From the NCBI RefSeq assembly GCF_018977255.1, contig NW_024704743.1:54066001-54130000 (forward strand): a DNA stretch of 64,000 nucleotides. The letters are read 5' to 3'. This document shows positions 12,901 through 24,900 of this stretch, piece after piece. A program made the translations under genes and the position numbers. Within the stretch, counting starts at the first letter, position 1. Every line of letters begins with the position of its first letter. The stretch comes from Callorhinchus milii (Eukaryota). The notes below the pieces were generated by a model. The model did not search any database and had not been told where the DNA came from. It was given only the letters and a program-made list of their open reading frames with translations.

Positions 12901-15900
12901 TCTCATCAGTGCCTGTGCGTTTAGCTAACACTGAAGATGTGGGGAAGAAAGTGAGAACTTTACACTTAATTGAGATTAAGAACTCACTGAAAATGAAGTG
13001 CATGATTGATTTGCCATTGTACTTTTGCATAGCACAGTATCGCGAATGTCCAAAGCAAGAGTACTTTTCAAATGGTTTGCAAACCAGATCAATAAGCATA
13101 AACGTTCCTGGACCTATTTTGCTTGGAATTCTCTTTCAAAACTCACATGAATCATAGGTAGCACAAGTTGACCTGTCTTTCCAACTGGTTATATTTACTA
13201 TTGTGGTTATTTCTCCTCATTTCAATAAGTCAGCAAGTCTTTGAGAACATTTGAACCATAAACCTAAGTTCAAATGTATATAAAACCTTGATCAACATAA
13301 ATTGCTACATGTTAGGACTTTTATTACCATTTACCAGGTAATTAAATGCTAAGGATCCACTTAGACTAAAGTATAAGCCCACGTTCTATTGAACCTACCG
13401 TCTGACAACAGTGGCAGTATGAAGCAAAGTGTTTATTTCCAAGACATTTTTAAACAGTAACTCTCTTTCGTAAAGGCAAGTTTCAAGATCAAAAAATATA
13501 TATTTTTTAAAGAGAAGTAACTCTCAAATTTATCTTCCTGATGACTCTGGCACACAACAGATTGTGGTCAGGGCAGCAGGCATGTGGACTGCTAGATGTG
13601 CCAATTCTCCTGCACCACCACACATCACTCACTACTGACTTTAACAACTGTTATCAAACATTCTTGACTCTCAATGCAGAAAACTTTGCAAATGTACTTG
13701 ACTGTGTTAACTAGTTGTCGGCTCTTTGTAAGTATCATAGGGACTATGTACTCTAAAGCTACCATAACTTAGCTAACTCTTTGACAGCTGTATTTATTTA
13801 AATAAAAAGTTGTTTGATTAAGAAGATACATATCTCTTGGACATTTTGTTGAAATTGCATTAAAAATGCAATGAATGAGCTTCACAGCACTATTCCACAT
13901 AGTGTTAAGATGTAGATTTGTGTTGCTCTAAAATGAAGGAGGGTTAGAGTAGCTATGAGAAACGATCTGCCCAATGCTTGCATTCATCTGGACAATCCAT
14001 CACTGACACAAATTTGACAAGAACTACGTCTTAATAAATGTTAAACCAGAATCACAGAGACCAGCTAAACACACACCCTTCCTGTATTTTTACAACATTA
14101 ATAAATAATGGGGTAAATAATGTGGGTGTCACAACCTGGATATGGGTCACAACTACCAGCAGAAACTCCACTCCAATGCAATCGCCTGTCAAAGTGGAAT
14201 TCTCTGCGAGTGTGATTTGGTTATCCCCAGGAGGCACTATTTGTGAATCGAGGCATGGTAAGCTATGCGGTTTTAGCTGGTTAGACTTTAGCAGTACACC
14301 AATGCACACTCTGGGTTCCCCAAGCCTTGGCTCTTGCCAAACTGTGCCTAATACTTTCCGGGATTAGGTAAACAGAATGTGCCCCTCCAGGAAGAAAGTG
14401 CACATTCAATTCCAACAATCTATCTCTGGGATTTCCAATGTATAGACGGGATGCATGGAAACCTCTGCTTGGTTTGGCTACTCTTAAGCATGGTGATGGG
14501 ATTCCGCATGTGTCAGACACCCGGCTGACCAAAAAAAACGTTAATCGAGGTTGTAATTGTAACCGTAATACTAAAGAATTATGTTTCAAATAGGATTTTG
14601 GTTCAGAAATACTGCTGAAACCCTATTAGTGTTCACCAGTCTGATGCCCAGAGTTTCCTTAGAATACAATTTGTTTGAAACGTTCATGCTCCATTGCTTC
14701 TGACTGACCCCTGTGGAATTCATCAGCTGATGCCAGTGCCTGTCCCTGATGGCTGGGTTCTGCAGCTCTGTCACTGCCCGCAATGATGTCAGCAGGTTCT
14801 TCACAGTAGAGTCCAAACCTATGTAGGCATCCCAGGCTCGCACTTCTTTGTCCAACATTCGGATTTCCTGCAAAAGATACAAATAAAGTGCCAGCTTTTA
14901 ACAAACAGCGTAAGCGATGTGTGTAGTTTACATGCTACACAGAAATCTACAGCACAGATAAAGTAAACACATTTTTCTAACACTAAAGTCACAATTATGT
15001 TATTGATGACATTACACATTACAGGTCAGGATGAGAAAATCATTTGTACTGAAGGAACGTTTGCTGCTGATGTGTTTTTTTATGTTTTCTGTCACTTGCT
15101 GTCACATAGAAATAACACTGTTACTCTGGCATGTTGTGTTTTGCAGTATGATTTTCTGATGAGATGTTTCTATTTCCTCACGTAAAAGATTCATTACTTT
15201 TGGAAAAATTAAAATACCAAGTTGAGGAAACATTGTGTTGAATGGAGGCGATATTGGTGGGGAATTGAATAGTTTACTTTCCTGTGGCACTGAGACAGCA
15301 TCAAGCATTCCCAGGCCAACCGAAACAGGAGATAGATAATAATAATCATGGCTGTTTATGGGACAGGGTTGTGCACAAAATGGTTGCTGCATCCCCCTAC
15401 AAAATACAGACACTACATTTTACAGCAAATCATATGAAGTACTCTGAGAGTTTTGAGGACAAGATAAGGTGCTAGATAATAATAATCCTCACATTTGATA
15501 TGTTTCCCACTTAGCCATGCTGGTGCCCTCTCAGAGCAAGTTAGCCAACTTATTCGACAATAAATGCCAAATTGTAGACAGTTTTACACTGTTGACACAG
15601 CCTCTGAAAATGGGTTTCATTCGCCAACTTCTTTCAGTTACAGCTAGCCAAGTGATTTTCCTTCCATCAATTTGTTCTGCGTTTCAACAGTGGATCACGT
15701 GCATAGTGATCTTTTCAATACTGGTTTAACAATGGGAAATCTCAGAAAGAAAAGTGTTCAAGCCAGTGCAAATTACAGTTCCCCAGCAAATTATTATTAT
15801 TTTCTAAATTGCCAAAGGTAAAGTATTTGTCAATTATTGCGGTACAAATAAGATAAAAGCTAAATCTTATTAGTTGGGGATACCTGTAATTTTGAATAGA

Positions 15901-18900
15901 TGAATGAACCGTTGAATCTCAACTAAATTCTGGTCAAATACATCATTCATTATCCCTTGCTCCAACTTAACAAAACAAAGTCTTAACGGGTGAATTCCCT
16001 CTTACTGCTAATTAGATAGTTACATGGAGTGATACAGCAAGGAAACAAAACATTCAGCCCTACTGGTCTATGCTGGCCCCTGCACCTCCCATACCCTCTA
16101 TTCCCTTCTCCCTCCTTTATATGAGTCAAGTTAAATCAAGTACATATGAAGACTGAAGACATTTGTAGCATGCTAGGTATTTTATTTTCCTCTTTATGTC
16201 TCCCCAGGACCCAGCTGTTCGAAAAGTGTAGCAGGGAAGCATACAAAAACATAATACATTGGAGCTGACTTGCCTTCGCAAATCTCCTGAGTTCTACTTC
16301 CATCTGTTCCACATTGATTTGTCTCCACTGTGTCTTGGTCCAGTCATTAATGCTACTCTGTTAAATAATAACAATGTGCATTTATATAGTGCCCTTCATG
16401 TAAGATAACATCTTCATGTAGGATAACTTCTTGCAGCATTTCAAGGAGACAGTGTTGGACAGAAAGAGGACAGCAAGACAGAAGGAGGAGCAGACGGGTG
16501 ACTTAAGGTGCAGTCAAAGTAGGTTTTTAGGCAGGATTTAAAGATAAGGAAAGGGTGAGACAAATAGATAGAGGGAGGTCAACGATTGTAGGGTGGAAGG
16601 GATGTGGGATGCATAGCAGGCTCAATTTTGCTTTGCAGAGGAGTGGGAAAGGATAAGATCACAGAGATAGAGTGGTGCTAGGACATGAAAGTTCAAGATC
16701 TTGAAATTGATCCATTGGGAGACAGAGAGATAGTGGAGCCTGGCGAGGACTGAGATATGGGCATGTGGAGTTTGGTATGAGAGGTGATACGAGTGGAGGA
16801 GTTATGAATCTCCTGGAGCTTGTGGATGCTGGAACCAACAGCGAGGAATGTGTTTGAGTTGGGATGTAACAAAGGCATGAACGAGGGACCTAAATGGGGC
16901 AGGCCTCACTCGGGCAGTCTATCCTCCTGAAGACAAGAAGCATAATAATGTGGTAGGTCACACTAGAAGTCAAAAAACAGTAACAAAATAGCTGCCATAA
17001 TATAACTTTGTGGAGTCCTGTAGCTCAGTGGTTAGAGCATTCGCTTTGCAAGTGAGAGACCTGAGGTCAATTCCAGGCAGAGGGCGAATCCTTGGGCAAG
17101 TTTCCTTACTCCACACGACTAATAATAATCCCTCCAAAACCAAAAACAATAATAAATTGGCATTTTCAATCTACGGCTGTTTGTGGGACATTGCTGTGCG
17201 CAATTGGCTGCCGCGTTCGCCAACAAATATACAGTCAATTCACTTTACAGTGTGTTCTGTGAAGCGCTTTGGGACGTCCTCCCGACGTGAAAAGCGCTAT
17301 ATCAAATGCAAGGATTATTATTATTATAACAAAAAGATACAACTTACCCTCACAAATATAATAATGTCCCAGAGTGCTTTGAGCAAACCAATATCACGCC
17401 GACACTGTTTTAACTGCTTGTAGTCTGGAACAGTCACCTCAAATAGGTTGGCCGATTCCTGCATTTGGACAGTCACTTTCTCCAAAGCACTGAGCTCTTG
17501 GTTAGACTGAAAGACAGAATAAACAGGAGTTACACTTACTGATACAAATGATAGTTGCACTGACCATTGGCCTGACACTTTACATTTGTGTGAAGTGTGA
17601 ATGAGGATAATTCACACTTTAATGAAGAATTGGGGGAGATAATTCGTACTTCAATAGAGAATCTACTTCAGTGAAGAACCAGTATCCACTTTCCAGTAAA
17701 GGGATTCCTATTAATGTTTCACGTCAGCCCGTTCTATAGCAGTGCCGGCTTTTTAATCTGGCTTTGATGTCTCAGTTCAAATCTTTCAGTGTTTGCATTG
17801 AAAATTCCTGGATTCGTCTCTTACCTTATCTAGTAGCTTGTACGGGTTCACAGAATTAAAAGAGAAAGGTGCTTCCAGTCGAAATATTTCCCTGAATTCT
17901 ATTTGTTTGGCCTATTAAAAGGTAGAACAAAAAGATTCACATTATCTGTACATGATTAGAGGGTTTCATATTTGCTAATACTTCAGAAAGTTCAATAAAC
18001 CACATTTGGCTGAAATATTTTCAGAAAACAAAGCCAGGACTTACATCAAACGCCACACATTGTTTTCTGATTAGCGACACCTCAGCCGTCTGAAGCGGGG
18101 CAACTTCGTGCTTGACAGAAACAGCAATCTTCTTTGTGTTATTCCATTTCTCTGGCAATTCCTATTAATCATCGAAGAATGTTTTAACTAATAAAGGAGG
18201 TACTTGAACTGAGGATTGAGTTCAATATTCTGGTCCTCAACTTTAAAGCCCTCCATGTTCTTGCTCCTCCCTACCTCTGTGATCTACTACACCTTTACCA
18301 ACCTGTATGCTTCCTTCAATCGGCGGGCACCGCTTGTTCCACGTCCTCCACTCTGCTTGTTCAACCATCAGCAGTCAGGCCTTCAGCGTTTCTGTCCCCA
18401 GCCTTTGGAACTCCACCCGAAGCCCATCCGCCTGTCCCCCTCCCTAGCCTCTTCAAGGCCTATCTCAATATATTCCTCTTTGCCCATGCCTCAAGTCAGT
18501 TTCCCTCCTCCACCCGCCTTACCCTCCTCTCCTCTCAATTCCAACCTCCAGCTCGGGTGCTAAACTCTTCACTATCCAGCACCTTGGGACGTACTCCTGA
18601 CACGAATGGCGCTATGTAAATGCAATATGTTGTTGTATTTGCACTTACCTTGCATCAAGAAACATATTACTGTACCTGTGACTATAACCATTGTAGACAG
18701 CCAGACTACAGTTTTTGATTGGTGTCACCAATATGAAGGATGTGTGAATAAAGGATAATCAAAGACCCTGGTTACATGTAGTCAAATAGTCTGGAATGTG
18801 CTGATAAACAATCTCAAAGCTTCAAATTGTGAGTTACAAAACAATGTAATAATAATCCTTGCATTTGATACAATACTTATAACGTCAAAATGCCTCAAAG

Positions 18901-21900
18901 TGCTTTACAGTAATTACTCTTAAGTGTACTGATTGTATATTTGTAGGCAAGTGTAGTAGTCAATTGTGCACAGCAAATTCCACAAATAGCCAGAAGGTGA
19001 ATGATTGATTCATTTTGAAGAATTGTTGGCTAGGACATCGGGAGAAACTCTTTTGAATAGTATCAAGGGGTTCTTTAGTGTCCATCTGAACAGGGAGATC
19101 GGATCCTGTTTCAAATGGCAGCACTGTACTAAAGTGTCAGCCTAGACTGTGATCTGAAAATTTCACACAAGGCTTGAACCCACAATCCTCTGACCCAGGA
19201 GTGAGAGTATAAATGGGCACTCCTTTCAGGTACTTTCACGCTGACACATTAAGAGACATAATTCTGCTTATCTTAAAAGAACCAGGCAGAGGAAAGCTCA
19301 CATAAAACAACAACAAAATTACACTTGTATAGAAATATATTATATGATGAGGATCACTTTGTTAGATCCTGTTGAAGGCCTCACTGCACAGAAAGATTTC
19401 GTCTCTCAAAAGGAGAGAGTTCAAACTCAAAAGAGACTCAATCTGCTTCTCGACAGCCTTTGCAACAAACCTTAACCCTTTGAGATGCTATTCTTGCACT
19501 GAAAAGAAAAATGTCTCCTATAATTGCACCGACCTTTTCTCCCCTGGCTGCACTAAGAATATATTCTAGCTTATTTAAAGAGAGACTGCAGAGCTCCCAC
19601 AATGGTAAACTACTGCTTGGTGCAAATCAAGTGATACATTTTCAGTCTGTGCCGAGTTAGGTGATCTCAGACAGAGTGGGGCAATACCCCTGGGCTACGG
19701 AGATAAAAATAAAATTAACCAGACTTCTGCTTCTGATCAACATCCACTCTATAGACGCACACAAGGAGTGTTGGCCACTGAGACATTGCGGCACAATATC
19801 AACACAAAATTGGTATGACCCTCAGAATCTGAGGCATCTGGTTCTAATACAAAACAAATTGTAGCAAATGCTAAACAACAAGCTTAACAATAACAACAAA
19901 TTAGTTGTGTAGCTCAGTGGTTAGAGCACTTGCTTCTCAAGCGAGAGACCTGGGTTTGATTCCCAGCAGGGCGAAACCTTGGGCAAGTTTCCTTACGCCA
20001 CATGCCTAATAATAATCCCTCAAGAAAAAAAAAATAAAAAATTAGTCACTTCAATCCACGATTGTTTGTGGGACACTGCTGTGCGCAATTGGCTGCCGTG
20101 TTTCGCCCACAAATATACAGTCAATTCACTTTGCAGTATATTCTGTGAAGCACTTTGAGACATCTAGAAAACGTGAAAAGTGCTATATCAAATGAAGGAT
20201 TATTATTATTATAATTACACTGTATAACGTCCTACACATTGGAAAGACATCCCAGGGCACTGCAGAATTATGGGTTTTGGCCCTGAGCTGGGAGTTGGGG
20301 TCAGGAGGGAAGGAGGGCAGAGGGGTGGGGATGGGAGGGTAGCCAAAGGTATGGTCAAAGAGGAAGGTCTTTAGACAGGACTTGAAGGAGGCAAGAGGTG
20401 GAGGGATTGTGGGATAGAGTTCCAGAGTGTGGGGCGGAAGGTGCGGGGGTCCTGAACCAGGCTGAGCAGAGGGAGTGGACAGCCTGATATGGGGTTAGGA
20501 GGTAGCAGAGGTAGGGGAGAGCAAGACTGTGGAGGGTTTAAGCTACCAAAATAAACAGCCTCATTATTACATCTATATATTTATTGAACCGTGTTCTTTT
20601 GCTTATTAAACTTCATGAAATGTGCAAAACTAGTTACCTCCAATTGCATGTAAATCTGGTCAGGCATAGTCTGACCATAGCTCTCCAGAAGGGTAATTGT
20701 CTCCTTTAAAGGTTCAAAGAGCTCATCCGTGGCAGTCTGTCTGTCTCTCACAGCCATGAGATGCTCCATTATATCAACAAGGCCATTATAGTCTCCTTCC
20801 TTCAGCTTTTTCTTTAGTCCCTTGTCTGTAATCTTTATGAATTCTTCAAGTTCATTCAGGCTGTGTGAACACATTAAAAACAATAAATGAATACTGCATT
20901 CAACATTGTACAAAACGTGTTGAAATGCAATATATTAAGAAAAAAAATGCACCCCAGCCGGTAGAGATTTTAGATTTGTTTTAATTTGTCATTCAAGTCG
21001 ATTTCAGGGCTCACTGCTCATGGGTCGCTGGTTTGAGGGATACTGGCTTTATTCTGACGTGTTTAGCTGGCGAGCAATCAACTAACAAGCAGTCTAAGGC
21101 AGTGAGTTGGCATAAGGTTGCAAAATTCAATCAGCTGTCAATTAGAGCCATCATTAATTGATTAATTAACACATCATAACACCCCAATTTTCAACCGATA
21201 ATATTGCATCTTATAAAAGAAGATGGGATTCATTTTAAAAATCTAAAATGGTCTATTACTTACCTGTCAGTAACATATCGCATGAGATGCTCTTTAAACA
21301 TCCAGCTCCATTTTTTAATCATATTTAACAGTGCCACTTTAAATGGTTTAATGTCAACTTTAAACCAGCTTTCAAACACTTTCACACTTTCACATTTGCT
21401 GATCTGATTGCATAAATTTTCATAGATATCAATCTGTAAAAAAAACAAATATATTAGCAACACCATATTTGTACAGCAGGAGTTTTCATTTCTCTCGTCT
21501 CAGCAATAAAAAATATAATATTAAAGTAACAAGCATTATATCAATATCAAGCTTTCAGCACAGCAGTGTCCAGTTCTCTACATTATTTAGAAGCAATGTA
21601 ATGTGGGAATAAACAACAACAACAAAATTACATTTTTATAGCACCTTTCACGTCGGGAGGACGTCCCAAGGCGCTGGATAATCAATGTTTCGGATCCAAG
21701 CTGGCGGTCGGGATTGGGGAGGGTGGAGGGCAAGGAGGGAAGGAGAGGGACCGAAGGCACAGTCGAAGAGGTATAAAGCATGAAGACAGCATGCCAGCCC
21801 AGCACTTTGAAGTTGCAACACCCTGTGCTGTTGAGTGATAAATCATGGGTATTCACACACAGTCTCTGCTGTCCCATTGTGATAAGGCACTTAGCAGAGG

Positions 21901-24900
21901 ACATTACTTCTGCACACAGAGGAAGGAAAACAAGAGGACATTTTCTGAGAACACTCAATCCATTCCTTGCTGTGGTCGCAGACCAAGAGCCAGGAGCAGG
22001 ACCCCTGTCCCTCTCCTCCACAACATCAGGATTGGGTCATCTGGTCGTCCAAATAAAGGAGACAAAACTTTTTATTTAAAAAGGACACCTCATCTCAAAA
22101 GTATTAATATTTTAACATTTCCAAAAAAGAATAGTCGATTATTATCCTGACCTAAGTAAAATTACAACAATATTCCCAATTTGTATACACAAATGTCCTC
22201 ACGTTTTTTTCAATGTTATATTTAAATGTTGCATCTTATCCTACCCTATTCCTTGGTCAACCTGTCCACTTAGCTAACTTGGGCTTGGTGCACTGTCTCC
22301 GACCATCTCTATGCCACCATCAGTTACCAAGTCTTCAAATCGTCCGTCCTTAACCTCCAGAATGCCCCCTAACCTTGTCTCAAGGCAGTCTCAAAATCTA
22401 TCTCTTCGAATGCGCCTATGGCTAACACCCCCATTGTTTTATTGGCATCCAACCCCAACGTGGATAAAGTATATCTATAACTTAAGATATTGAAGGCTCC
22501 ACATTGGAACTTAGAATGCATATTGGCTGATACTCTAGTGCAGTGATGGAGGTGTGGTCTATTGTTGGAGATGCCATCCTTTGGATGAGACATTAAACCA
22601 AGGCTCCCACTCCCTGTTCAGGTAGGCGCTAAAGATCCCCTAGCACTGTTTGAAAAGAGTAGGGAATTTCTCCCGGTGTCCTGGTCAACAATTCCTCAAA
22701 TAAACTTGATGATTATTGGAGAATTCATAAGGTAAGTCACTGCGACTAAAGTTTATTTGTGTTCTAGGAAACCTTTTTTAAAGAAAAACTAAAACCTTTT
22801 TCCTTTCCCTTCAGGTCACTGACTCAGGCAGGGGTACAAGATTCTGGCTCAACCACTGCTCCCACAGGGCATTCCATATTCTAACTACAAAAACACTCTC
22901 CTAATTCTCCATTTGCTCATTTACTTCCTATCCTAATTTGATGCTCTCTATTCACTGTCTCACAGATCATAAAGAAGCTGGTATCTCTTCCTAACCTAGG
23001 GCACTCCTATCACCACTCGAACAACCGTTAACGCAGCACAGATTCAAGCATCAAGCCTGGCACACTTCCCTGGACTGTTTGGCTCAATTTCACACCAGGA
23101 TAGTGGATTTACCGAGCTGTAAATGAAACACAGTTTTGACACCGTATATTTTGAAAATCTGAAGTTAATTTCATCTACGCTTTAAAACATTATGACAACC
23201 TTTTTTTTTATTTTCAATGATAAAGAATGTTAATAATCATATTCTTTTCGACGAAAGTAGCACTTTCTTTTCTTTTGAAAGTTTTATTGTTTTACCTGTT
23301 CTCTAAATTGTTCTATAGTTGGAGGGCACTCGGGTACACCCTCCTCAGCATGCAATTCTATCTCCTCTGCAGTCAGCACGTGGCTGTACAGCAAGAACTG
23401 TTTCATGAACTCTGAACGGTCATCAACCCACAAATAAGCATAGGTGTCAAATGAATTCCGGTATTCTGTAGCTTTGTTGATCACATCCGTTACTCTATCC
23501 ATGATCTCCTGACGTATCTCCGACAGGTCCAGTATATCTTCCATATCGTTCTGTCAGGAGAAAAAGCCTCATTTATCGCCTCCGACTACTATGTATTACT
23601 CATCTGGTAGAGCTGTACAATTGTAGTTTAATAGGTTTCAATGTAGTTTTTTAGGTCAGCTGGGTGTCTGACACATGCGGAAACCCATCACCACCATGCA
23701 TAAGAGTATCCAGACTTAGAGCTCCACGTATGTGTACCACTTACACATGGAATGTGTTCCTGAATGGAATATGCACTATTTCCAGGGACACACCCTGCTT
23801 ACCTAATCCCAGGTTATAAGAATTTGCTAGGCAAAAGAAGACTAAGGTCCATCTAGTTCACCTTCCACCATCCTGGCAGTCGCTTTAAGGCACAGATTGG
23901 CAAGAGGTAAAGTTTGGGAGTGTTAGAATATGATATATGTAATGAAACACTTTAAGGCAGAGCTGCATAAAATTGTAAACATTAAGTTTTTTATATTAAT
24001 CAAAATGGTGAATAACACCATTTTATACTCAAAGCATCGTTCAACACCTGTTAATAACATAAGTTGTTTTTTGTCTGGTTAAGAAGAAATGATCAACATG
24101 AAATGTTGAAGTAAGACAACCATTGGCCTTGGGAGGATACAAGTTGTTTTGTAGTCAAAACGCCCAGTTCTTGGGATAAACAGAAGTAACAGCGCGCTTG
24201 ACTCTTTGAGCAGTTGTGAAAGGCCTACGTGCCTGATAATTGTTTGGATGAACAAAAAAGTTTAAACTTGAAAGGTTGTTGACATAAAGCAGCAGAATCG
24301 GCAGGGAACCAGGGACACAGGGGTGGAGGGCCAAAGCACGCTGACTGCTCCAGAACTGGGCAGTATATGTTTTACGTATTCCTGCTGTGCTTATATTTGA
24401 ATAAACTGCGTTAGCCACAAAACTTTATTGTCTGGTCTTTTTGACTTGAACACTGGGAGTTGAGATCCCAACAGAGCCCAGAGTGTGAGTTCGGGTACTG
24501 CTAGTGTCTAACCAGCTAAAACCACATATGTTGCTTTTGAGAGCATTGCCCGGCCAGCTTCCTGCTGCTTATCCAGTACCTGTAGTGGTGCTGGATCTGG
24601 AATTGACATTTGACCTTCGGTCTCATATTATTGCAGGAACTCAAATTTATCAGATCTATTTGAATTTTAAGCACTTCATGATGCTACCCTCCATTACAAA
24701 GGATACAAACAGCATGGAAATAGGTCACTCAGCCCAACCATTCCATGCCGGTCTAATAATAATAATAATCCTTGCATTTGATACAGCACTTTTTACGTCT
24801 TCTAGACATCTCAAAGCGCTTCACAGATTATACTGTAAAGTGAATTGGCTGTACATTTGTGGGCGAAATGCGGCAGCAGCGTTCCACAAACAGTCATAGA

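Noticed and set aside
17010..17090. tRNA-Ala(TGC) genes at the SINE heads
   Set aside because: Each is fused to the same 240-bp body and (ATT)n tail, with no terminator after the cloverleaf, so these are SINEs.
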